From NCBI GenBank assembly GCA_030264375.1, contig JASCQW010000081.1, positions 34,531,262 through 34,595,261 of the forward strand: DNA of 64,000 nt, given 5' to 3'. This document shows, piece after piece, positions 48,501 to 60,500 of this stretch (its first letter is position 1; every line of letters starts with the position of its first letter). The position numbers were made by a program, and so were the translations under genes. The DNA is from Carcharhinus longimanus (lineage: Eukaryota). Under the pieces are notes generated by a model. That model did not search any database, was not told the origin of the DNA, and was given only the letters and a program-made list of their open reading frames with translations.

Positions 48501-51500
48501 ATGTGCACTGGCTGTAGGAATATGAATATGAAGCATTTCAAATGTAAAATAATTTATTCAAATCAGGGTCCTGCAAAAACCAGCATCAGCCAATATTCAA
48601 TTAAGTATCACTGGCTGCAGATTGTAGGCTCTTTGGAAGTAAGATGTGATGGCCAAAAGCCTCACCATTCAGCAGAGCACCCTTCATCCCATTTTATTTT
48701 TCTGGTACTGAGCTTTGAAGTGATGAATCCAGGTTTTAAAATTGAATGGAAAACCTGGTGTTGATGCCAGCCTATAACGTCTAACTTTCTTTGCTAAGAC
48801 TAAAGACTCAGTGGTTAGCACAGCTGCCTCACAGCTCCAGGATCCCAAGCTTGATTCCTGGCTTGGGTCACTGTCTGTGTGGAGCTTGCACGTTCTTTCC
48901 GTGTCTGCGTGGGTTTCCTCCGGGTGCTCCAGTTTCCTCCCACTGTCTGAATTTGTGCTGTTTAGGTGCATTGACCCAAAGAAGCATCAAAGTGTGGTGA
49001 GTAGGGGAATTTCACAGTAATTTCATTGCAGTGTTAATGTAAGCCTTACTTGTGACTAAAAATAAACGTAACTTGATGTTGCTGCAGTTATTAGTTGATG
49101 CTAAATTTTGGTAAACAGCAAAGAAAAATATTGTTTTTACATTCATTCTGAACAACTTTGGTAAGATCCAAACTTCTTATTTCAGGTGCTCCACATTGGT
49201 GCCAAGGAACCATTTCCTTCTGTTGAACCCGATGATGATGTTATGTTTGTTAAATTAATGTGGGATGGAAAGAAGTTTAATATCTTGCCTAAAAATGCAT
49301 TCTCTGACAAGAAGACCAATGATGATCATCATCATAACGAGTTGGATTCCTTACCCATACATGTACAGGTGTCTGATGTGAATTATTCTCCAAAGCAGAA
49401 TATTGCTGTTGGTAATGGAGATGGGACATTAAGCAGAAATGTTACCAACCACAAGTGTAAAAATGGCATTGTCGAGATGATTGCTGAAGGGAAATCTACC
49501 TATTCTGGTCAAAAAAACTCCAATGGTAAGAGGAGCATGCAAATCTCGAACGGGGATAGCGGCAAATCCAAAGTTCGGCGGAAGCTTCCGCTTTGTGGTA
49601 AGTAAGAGTGTGGGTCTGATTTTTGGCTTCCTTTGTGCCAAGGGGACACCTGCTACTTGGGGAAAATGTCGAGAAATAGAATGGAGACCTAAGCCAGCAG
49701 GTCTCTGATAATTACTTTGGAGGGAATAGTGATTTTCCACCCCAAAATAAGTAGAGGCTATAATGATTAGGACAGATGGGACTTTATTTTTAAAGGCATC
49801 ATGGTGTTGGCTGTTACCTTTGATAGATGAAAGGTAAATAAATCTTGCTAAGACTGTACAAGGCACTAGTTAGACTGCACCTGGCATACTATGAACAGTT
49901 TTGGTCTCCTCTCCTCTGGAAAGTTATATTGGCATTGGAGGCAGTCCAGAGAAGATTCATTAGGGTGATTCTGGATATTGTTGAATTTTCTGATGAGGAG
50001 AGGCCCAATAGCTTGGATCTCTCGATAAGGACACCTTATTGAGACAAGTAGGATTCTGAGGGAGCTTGGCAGGATAGATGCTGAGAGGTTGTTTTCCCCT
50101 TGTGGGAGTGTAGGATCAGATGGCATAATCTCAGAGTAAGGGGTCACCCTTTCAAGAAAAAGATAAGGAGGAATTTCTTCCCTCTGGTAAAGAATTCCAC
50201 AGATTCACTCCCCTCAGAGAACTGTAGAGATTAGGTTAAATATGTTCAAGGCTGAGATAGACAGATTTTTAATCCGTCAGGGAATCAAGGGTTATGGGAA
50301 TAAGGTGGGGAAGTGGAGCTGAGGATTATATCAGATCAGTCATGATCTCATTGAATGGTGGAGCAGACTGGATGGGCTGAATGCTTTATTTCTGCTCTTA
50401 TGTGTTAAGGCCTTATCGCATGTAACTTTTATATTGATTCTGTAAAGCAGTCTAACACAGCTTGAATAGAACTGGAATATAGGGGCATTGGTAGGCTTTC
50501 TGAGCTATCTATGCGTAATCAGTGCAGGGGCATTTTGGAATCCTTTGTGGAGAGTTACACAAAAATGGTGTTAAATATCCTCCTACATCTCCTAAATTTT
50601 TGAGTTATCTGCAAAGGCCACTAATCTGTTGGAGCAGGTTATCTGAGCAAATTGGGTCCTTCAGGTTCTTGGTATAGAATCATTTTATATTTTAATTGGA
50701 GCTTTCAAATGACAGTGCAGCAGAAAACATTTGGCTGGAATTTTACTGTCCCATCCACCGCCGGCGAGCAACTAAAGAAACTGTAAAATCTAAAAGGTCA
50801 ATAGACCATGAAACAGTCTATTGACCTTTTAGATTTCACAGTTTCCGGAGGAGCAAGGCTGTAAAATTCTGCCCTTTGTTTTCTTGGTGTGGTAAGGTCA
50901 TTTGTGTTCTTAAGTTAGATTTAAAATTTGTTTTCTAAATTGCAGATTTCAGCAAAACTTCTGAAAGTAAGCTGAGAAATGTTTTGTCCGAACCCTTTGA
51001 CGACGATGTTGATGAAGATGTTCTTGCGAGGAAACTTTGTGAGGTGGTGAAACCTAGAGCTATAAAACACACAGAAGACTTTAATGGTATTTCAGATGAT
51101 GCCCTTTCGCCCTGTAAGAAGATGAAAAGTAAGACTGGAATTACTACCATTTCTCCACTTAGTCTGACCAGAGGCAAGATGAACAACCAAGTTGCTAAAT
51201 TGCAATTGACACCTATTGTCATTAATCCTAAAATTAAACAGCAAGACTCTTTTAGCCAATCCAGAAAGAATGACAAAATTGATTCTCACAAGTAAGTTGC
51301 ATAATATTTTAACTTTCCAATGCCTAATTGTTTATTTCTTGAGTAGACTGAGGTCCAATATTGGTTTACATCAATGTAACAACTAAAATGTATAAGTGGT
51401 GATCTCTGGTGATTTGAAATGCTTTTTCTCTGACGAGAGGTGTGAACCTTTGGGCAGATACAAGTTTAAATTTAAGGAGGTAACAAGGAGGATCAATGAA

Positions 51501-54500
51501 AGTCGTGTGTCTGATGTAGTCTACGTGGCTTTTAACAAAGCCTTTGACAAGGTCCCACATGGCAGAGTGGCCAGAAAAGTGAAAACCCTGTGATCAAAGA
51601 AAGGAACAATTTAGATGTAAAACTGGCTCAAACACAGAAAGCAAAGGGTGATGATAGACAGATGTTTTTGTGACTAGAAAGCTGTTTCCATTTTGATTCT
51701 TCTGGCCTGTACTAAATTCCTTCTCTTTTGTGATGTATATCACTGATTTGAATTTGAACATAGGAGGGCGTGATTAAGAAGTTTGCAATGGTATAAAAGT
51801 TGGCTGATAGTGAGGGAAAAAAGCCTTAGAATGTAAGAAAATATCACTGAACTAGTTGATGGGCAGTAAAATGGCAAATGGAATCTAATCTGAAGGAAGT
51901 GTGAGATAAAACACCTGATAGGACAAATGAAGCATACAGAACTTAATATAAAGACCAGAGAACACCCACTGGAAACTGCTTCCTCAACCTAAAAACATCT
52001 GTCTACCATCACCCTTTGCTTTCTGTGTCTGAACAATTTTGCATTGAGATTATAATTTTCCCTTGATCATTAGGCTTTTACTTTTTGGGATCTTGTCAAA
52101 GGCCTTGCTAAAAACCGTGTAAACTACATAAAATGCATGACCAAGATGCTGGTGGAGGTACATGTCCACAGATACCTAAATGCTGCAGGGCAGGTGGATA
52201 CTTTTTGACTCGGTATTAACTCTGGTTCTCTTTCCACGCATGCTGCCATTCCAGCATTTTCAGTTTTATGATTGAACTGAATATTTTCCTTTATTGACCA
52301 TGCCACTGAATAGAACTGCAAGAAGGTTATTTTTGAATGGCATAAAACACAGATCAGGCTACAGAGTACTGCATACGGTTTTCTGCCACAGTGGTTAGAG
52401 TGGGGACTTACAGGGATGGTGCCTGGATTGGAGAATTTTAGTGAAAAAGAAAGGTGGTGTAGGCTGGGATTGATTTCTTTAGAAGGGGTTGAGTGGAGAT
52501 TTACTCAGTGTATGACCTTTTGAGGGGCCTAGATAGCCTGAGTAGGAAGGACTAATTTCCTTGGGGTGGCATTGCAGTTAGCACTGCTGCCTCACAGCGC
52601 CAGGGACCCAATTTGATTCCCAGCTTGTGTCACTATCTGTGCAGAGTCTGCCTATTCTCCCCATGTCCATGTGGGTTTTGTCTGGTTGCTCCCGTTTCCT
52701 CCCACAATCAAAAGGACATGCTGGTTAGGTACATTGGCCATGCTAAATCCTCCCTCTGTGTGCCCAAATAGGTGCAGGAGTGTGGCGACTGGCGGATTTT
52801 CACAGTTACTGTATTGCAGTGTTAATGTAAGCCTACTTGTAACAAAAACTGTTTTCATTTCCCATGGCAAAGAGGTCAATAACCATGAAGCATGGAAGTC
52901 TGGCAGCATGTGTGGAGAGAGAACCAGAGTTAATATTGAGTCAAATTGACTTAACCATCCACCTGCCCTACATTTAGGGACCTGTGGACATGTACCCCAC
53001 AAGCATCTTGGTCAGGTGTTTTATGTAGCCTACTGATTTTTAGATTTCAAGTAATTGTAGAAGAATTAGAGATGAGATGAGAATACCCCCAAAGCGTTGG
53101 GGGAGTGGTGTCTAGACTTCACTGACTGAGAATGGGAGAGGCAGAAACCCAAATGACATTTTAATATGTTAAGTGCCATAACCTGCACAGCCTTTGACCA
53201 AGTGATAAAGATCTTTATCAGCTCCCACAGACACAATGGGACAACTGGATCATAAACTTCTGATCCAATGATTCTTAGAATTGCAGTGAACCTAGCAAAT
53301 CTTTTTTTTAAATTAATTCTACGAGACATTAATGTCGCTGGCTAGGCCAACATTTATTGCCCGTCCCTAACTGCCCTCCATGTCAGAAGTCATTTGGAAA
53401 TCAACCACATTGCTGTGAATCTGGAGTCACATGTAAGCCAGACCAAATAAGGACAGCAGATTTCCTCCCCTAGAGAACATTAGTGAACCAGCTGGGTTTT
53501 TACCCAGCTGGTTCATCGTCATCGTTGGATTTTCTTAATTCCACCATCTGCTGTAATAGGTTTTGAACCCAGATCACCAGATCTTGCTCTGGATCTCTGG
53601 ATTACTAGCCCAGTGACAATACCACTGCCTCTTGAAGTGAAAAATTAAAGTTGAGTTCCCAAAAAGTATTCTCAAACTAGCTCAGGGTCTTTATTTTTTA
53701 TTAAGAAAAAGCTGCGAGATTATGTTTTTGTTGTACATTTGCTGTGTTCTGTATTATCCTGAAAGAGCTTTTCATTAAATCCACTTTAATGAATACAGTG
53801 AGTTGAAGTATATTGACAAAGCCTCTCAGTTGCTTTTCTATTTTTCTGGGGGATTGAGATCAGCTTGAAGTACCTTGCCTTAAGTGGGTGAATAGCTTGG
53901 CACGAATAAGGGAGCATTAGATTAGGCTTGTTGTTCATAAAGGCCATGTCATGTTCTGTGGATTAGCTGTTGATTTTCAGCTCCCATGTGACAACATTTT
54001 CAGATGAAGCACTAACTACCTTCAGAAACCTTCTTCACTTTGCCAACTTAAGCATGAATCAATATCAAGCATCTCAAACATAATATATAATCTTTGTAAA
54101 TGTTGAACTGTTGGCACCCCAGTAGCCAGAATTTGTGACCTTTCTGAATAATATTCTGGGACACCCACTGGAGAAGGCAGGCCTTCCTTCTCCAGTGGGT
54201 AGACTGGTTAGTACATTTCTTGCAGCTCGCAGTAGTCAGTTCCTCATGTACTCCACACAACCATTCTGGTTAAAATATATGGAAGATGATGTTACGTGTT
54301 TGGGCTAGGATTCTCCCAGTAGCCTGAGAAACACAAAGCAAACACCAGGGATTCCTCTTGACTGTAAAGGGGAGTGATTCCAACCAATTACCAACCTACA
54401 TTCCTGTAACAGGAATTTTCTGAGGTGTCCTTCTGCGGGCGGTGGGATGGGGTGGGGCACATGTACTTAAGAAACGAAAGGAAGTTTATTGCTATTACAT

Positions 54501-57500
54501 TAGGAGAAAAGACAGTCGATGAGTACCAACTATCCTCTCTGCCATAATGGTACATGTATGGGATTGATATACTTTTTCCGAACACTTAGATCTCCCGCCC
54601 AGCTTGTCACCCAAACTGGAGGGCCCAATTACAATATTGTACATTATTATCATAACCAATAACACTCCACCTGCCAGCGAGATTAGGAACTCATTAGTCC
54701 GAGGCATCTGCAAATTTCTCCTTCGTTACTAAGAAACCTGATCCACATAAATCCGGTAGATTCAAGAATATTGCTAACACTTGTCAATTTTAATTTGTAA
54801 AAGTGTTCAATTCCCCTGCCTGAGCCTGGCTCCTTTATTAGCTTGTAAAACTTATCCAATCACGTCAGTCATGAGCGAGTGCACTCCTGTACTTTCCAAA
54901 GCCCTGATTAACTTGCAGCTGCCTGACTCAAGCTGATAAGAACTGCTCTCTCTCTGCCCCATTGCCCCAAAGAATTCAGTCTGTCTGCTACCATCTACTT
55001 CCCATCATGCTGAGCAGTTATATCATCAGTTGGTCAAGGTTCGCAAGACACGCGTTAAGAATACAATTTAATTTCATAATGCTTGGTTAACTTGTGTTTA
55101 TACAGACTATCTTTGCATATATTGCATTAGGCATATGATGACTCCTTATTCTATGTAAAAGGCACCTTGTAATCTTCATATTAACCTTGTTACTTATTAT
55201 AGTAACTTTAAAATGAGGGCCTTTTATACTCAGAGTTTTATACTACCCTCCTTCAATTCTTTTGAATCTGAAGCACAGCTATGCCACAAACCTGGAAGTC
55301 TTGAAGCAATCCTGCTACAAGTGCAAGGGAATTAAAATGTATGTTAACTTGATGCATGTACAATGTGAGTAACAGCGCAGAAACAAGGCCTGTACCAGTG
55401 TAGATACTCCATACAAACCTCATCATTCATCAAACCTGATGCATGCTGCCTTCTATTCCTTCCTCGGTGCTTAATTAGCTTTCCTTAATGTATTTTATGC
55501 TATTCTCCTTGGTTATTTAATGTGAGAGTGAGCTCTAGTATGTACAATGGTTTATAAAACATGTAATCAAATGCACTTTCTGGGTGAAAGTTGGGAGAAG
55601 TCTATAACCATGTGTTCAGAGGTGATTAATAGTAAGTTAAAGCTTTGCATAAGGTGGACAGTATGCTGCTCCGTGGTACAGAACCTCTGCCACTCTTAAC
55701 ATCATTTTTTTTTTCCACTTTTTGAAGTGTAAGACGGTTTCTAATTTGTCTCTTCCCAATTTTTAGGTCAAAGAAACCGGAAACCAAAAGTAAAATGGAA
55801 AACATTAGTGATACTCCAAGATCTCATAGAAAGTCTGCACTACGCTGTTCAGTTGCTCTGAAACAGTACTCCTCTAGGTAAGACTTTACAATCATAATGG
55901 TTGGTTTTGATTCCCCTTCAATGCAGAATAATCCCTGGCCTTATTTTGTACAAAATTGCTGGAATTTGTTCTTTTGTGTAGTTCAGTCAAATTAATTTTC
56001 AAGGTTTCTTGGATTGCAGTATATTGTGATTGATGAATTAGCCCAGTAATAACATTAAAACCAAATGTTGATTATGGTTGAAAATGCCTGAAATTTGGAT
56101 GTAATAATCTTCCATAGTGATCTAAGAGATCATACTAGCGATCAGTTTTGAGTGAGGGAGGCCCAAAATGTGGAATCGCAGAGCTGAGTGGAAATTGGAA
56201 AGTTGATATGTGTGGTGAGAGGAGTTTCTTTCATAAAGACTTAATACTTCCAATCTAAACCTCTTTCCGCATTTTTAAGTACAATATATTTTTGCCTTCA
56301 AAACATGTACAGAGTGAAGTCTTGACCTTGAACATTCGATATTTGATTCTCAATTATGATATCGCATTGCTAGTGTTTCTGGATCAATTTCTGCAGTGGC
56401 CAAGTTCTATTTATAGTATATTTGTCCAAGTCTCCTGAAGGCATTGATGAAACACATGATCTGTGATTTACTATAACCCTCTGGTGCTCAGCAAGATGTC
56501 CATTCTTTAAGGCTGGTTGTTGAGTTTTGGCATCTGTTTATTAATTCATCACAGATCACTATTTAAATATAGTCTGCATACCTCCATACATCATCACATG
56601 CAGTGTGTTTTTCCAGTTAGCATCCGAGGGATGCACTTTATCATTACTTCATTTGATTTTGATTAGCTGGATCACTGCTGATTTATAGCGCTAATTTCTT
56701 GTGCTTGTTTATTTTTCACAACCCAGCATACTTAATATTGAACATATTGTTTCAGCTTGATCAATTCCTGCACCGTATTTCTAGTAAAAAGTCTTCACTT
56801 TAATTTAGAAATGATCAGAATGATGATGAGTCTAGTGAAGATGAATTCCTTCCAGACAACCAACAAAACAGCGAAAGCAACAGTGAGGATGAGGAGCAAG
56901 AGGACAATTTACCATTTGATAGGAAATCTGGAAAGAAGGTTATTCCTAAAACACCGAGGACCACAGCAAAGGTGCCTGTAAAGACTCCATCCAAAACGGT
57001 ATGTTAATTGTGGAAATTCTTGACCAGGACTGACGTTGGAGACACCTGGGCAGCAGATTTATTTTATCTTGGATGAATTACTTGCAAATAACACTTGAAT
57101 CCAAATGGTTTTGCCGTTAACTACAGGTAACACAAGCTGCTAACTGCTTCATGTAGTTTAGCTGCAGAAATGAATGTGCTATCATTAGTAAATGCAAAGC
57201 TTGTAGGCTGGGTAATTTCTCTTAAACTTAACGAGTTTTAATCCCAAGAGGCCAGTTTATATGCTGTAAATTCTGCATTTCCGTTTTGTGCCTCCCTGAA
57301 TAACCATTCCATAACTCTGCTTAGTTACTGCTTAATATACATTGGATAATTTCAAGGAAATACAGCTTAAACAATACAAACACAGTCAGTTTAATAACAC
57401 AGCGTTGCACAGAAAAGACCTTAAAACACTTTCCCCCTTTGCACCAAATTATTTGGAGATATGTGATATTATTTTCAAACTCTAAATGCAGTAATTGGCA

Positions 57501-60500
57501 GATAAAATGTGTACCAGTATTTAAAATCTGCAGTCAAGGGAGTGACTGTGCAGTAGATTTGTTCACGATTATATGACAGAGATCTTTGTTCAAGAGTGCA
57601 TATTTGATGTTTTTAAATTATCATCTTCAGCCTGTTTCAAGAACTCCTCGGACCCCAAGGACACCCCACCATCCCACTCCAAGTATTCCTCAGAGGAACC
57701 AATTGGCTAAAACACCTGTCAGTGTGTTGGAAGAGGCTAGAGCAAGGTACAGAGTACAAGGGTATCCACTGTGGACTAAAATCTGCTATTTAAANNNNNN
57801 NNNNNNNNNNNNNNNNNNNNNNNNNNNNNNNNNNNNNNNNNNNNNNNNNNNNNNNNNNNNNNNNNNNNNNNNNNNNNNNNNNNNNNNNNNNNNNATTTTA
57901 AATTATTTTGTTGGGGAATTGGGAGGGGGGGTGGGGTTAGTGCTGTAAAAAAATCTTTTGAGGAATTTCATGCTTGCTGGTAATGTATCCATCTCAGTTA
58001 CACACATTGACAGATGGGGCATATTGCCAGGAGGCCTTTTAGACCTCAATAAGAAAAGGAAAGATTATGAGCATTATTATCAGCCTAATTATTTACTGTT
58101 CTGTGATGATCTCAACCTTTTCACTTGACTTTTAAGAACCATATGCTGCAAATTTATGTTTTTTTAAACAAAAGCCCTTTTTATGTTCTTCATTTTTTTT
58201 CCCCAAAAAGGCACAGCTTTGTGCTGTTGTTCAGGGTCAGTTGCCATAACCCTTCTCACTAATACAGCCTTTGGGAGCAATACAGAAAATTCTGGGCTGG
58301 GGCCTGTTACCGAGATATGCTACCTTTATTAATAAGGGTTCACAAACTCTATACATATGTGTCACAGGGTGAGAAATACCTGAAGGTGTCGTAATAGGTT
58401 TCTTTATTCTTTAGCAGTCAGTACGCTATCAAATCATCAAACTCGTGGCCGGATCTGAGGTTGAGATTAACAGATGTTGTCTCATCCCTTTGGGGGATAA
58501 TATCTTACTGTGAGAGTACCGTTCAGAATAATCACTTAGCTTTGAAATGATCATTAGCTGTATATTGTCCCACCAAACTTTATGCAATGCGTCGGCAATA
58601 CATCGTCCTACACTGCAGCCTAACCTATGCCAATTGTAGAAACAAATCCACACATCCTGTTGTATGTATAATTGCAATATAAAACTATTTATTGAAGCAA
58701 AACTCATACAAGGCAATAAATCTTCATTGAAAAGGCCCAACATTCCTTTCAACGCATGCTGTCCCACATCAGCCATCGCTAAAGATTTTACACCCTTTGC
58801 AGTTGAATTGTTGTGAAAGATGTTTTTTTATAAAAAAAAGTCCTTAAAAAAATGTTACATAAACAAAACATTGGGTAAGAGCTGAGGTGGTCAAATATTT
58901 ATCACCAATCTGAGGCAGATCTGTAAAGTTCACAAAATATATTCACTGGGCACAAGGACAAACTCATTCACATAATAAGAATCACGTCATTTCCATTTCC
59001 ATCTTGTGCGCTTAATGCTTATTTCAGTGAGATAGAGTTACTCTAATATGAGCATTCAGCATTGGCTAATTATAGAGGAGCTGCAGGCTTGACAGATAAA
59101 GGCTTGTGTCTCTTGCAACGTCAAGGATAACAATTCCAAACCTGCAATATTTAGCTCCAACATTCACCTCTACATCAGCTTGCATTGAAGTATTCACCTT
59201 CCTGAATGTTCACCTCAGAAGCAGATGTATTCTCTTGAACTTGATCACTAGGAAAATTTTAATTTGGCCACAGTATGGGGAGGCGATGGCCAAGTGGTAT
59301 TATCACTGGACCATTAATCCAGAAACTTAGCGAATGTTCTGGGGACCCAGATTCGAATCCTGCCATGGCAGATGGTGGAATTTGAATTCAATTAAAGAAA
59401 TCTGGAACTAAGGATCTACTGATGACTGTGAAACCATTGTCGATTGTCGGCAAAAACTCAACTGGTTCACTAATGCCATTTAGGGAAGGAAATCTGCCGT
59501 CCTTACCCAGTCCAGCCTACATGTGACTCCAGAGCCCAGCAATGTGGCTGACTCCCAACTGCCCTCCAAGGGCAACTAGGGATGGGCAATAAATGCTGGC
59601 TAGCTATGTCCCACGAATGAATGAAAAAAAGTTAACTGGCTTTATTATTCTTAGATGGAGGGAAGAATGATTTAATTAAAACAATCCAAAAATGGGTTGT
59701 TCAGTTGGCAAAAGGGAAAAAAAATCTAGTCAGTTACCAACCCTTGTGTTCTGCCTGTATTGACTCCTCCTGAACAAATGATAATTGCACCATCTATGAA
59801 ACTCTTGAGTTTTTTTGACTTGTTTATTTTATTTCCTTAAGATTACATGTGTCTGCAGTACCAGAGTCTCTACCTTGCAGAGAACAAGAGTTTCAAGACA
59901 TCTACAACTACGTGGAAAGTAAAGTGATTGATGGTACTGGAGGGTATGAAACATTTGCTCTTGTTGAAACCATTTGGTATTTTTTTTGAATGACTTCTGG
60001 TTTTGATTTACCGTGTTAGTGAATAGGATGCACACCCTGTTGGCAATACATTTTGAAGATTTTGTTAGTCCAGTGATTGATAGAATACAGGATGAAGGCT
60101 CTTCTCAAAGGATCATTACTTGCTAGGAGAGCAAGTTGAAGGAAAATCTGTGCTCCTGCTACACTCGCCTTGCTATTCATTTTGAAATAGGATTCATATA
60201 TGGTTCAGGAGGAACTGTTTTCAATTCTATACATGGAAAAGAAAGACAGCTTAAATTAGAAGACTTCAAAAAGGATAATTTGAAAAAGCCAAGAAAATAA
60301 AGCAAGGCAGTTACTGGTACTGCAAATGGCAGCTGCTAATGTGAAATGTTAACTATCTGCCCCAGGCATTATGCACCAGCTTTTCAACAGTTACATTGCT
60401 TGAATTCAACGTATTGACTTGAATTTTACCCTTGTAATGATGGCAGATCTGTCAGTGCTTGCTGTCAGTGAATCTATGAAACTGATAGCAACCTCTGGAT

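Noticed and set aside
55135-55272. C/D snoRNA (ATGATGA...CTGA)
   Set aside because: No terminal stem or recognisable rRNA guide, the spacing is long, and it lies in probable LTR sequence
56720-56808. Upstream alternative acceptors for ORC1 exon 7
   Set aside because: The acceptors near 56726 and 56755 give a stop or the wrong frame; only 56809 keeps the frame
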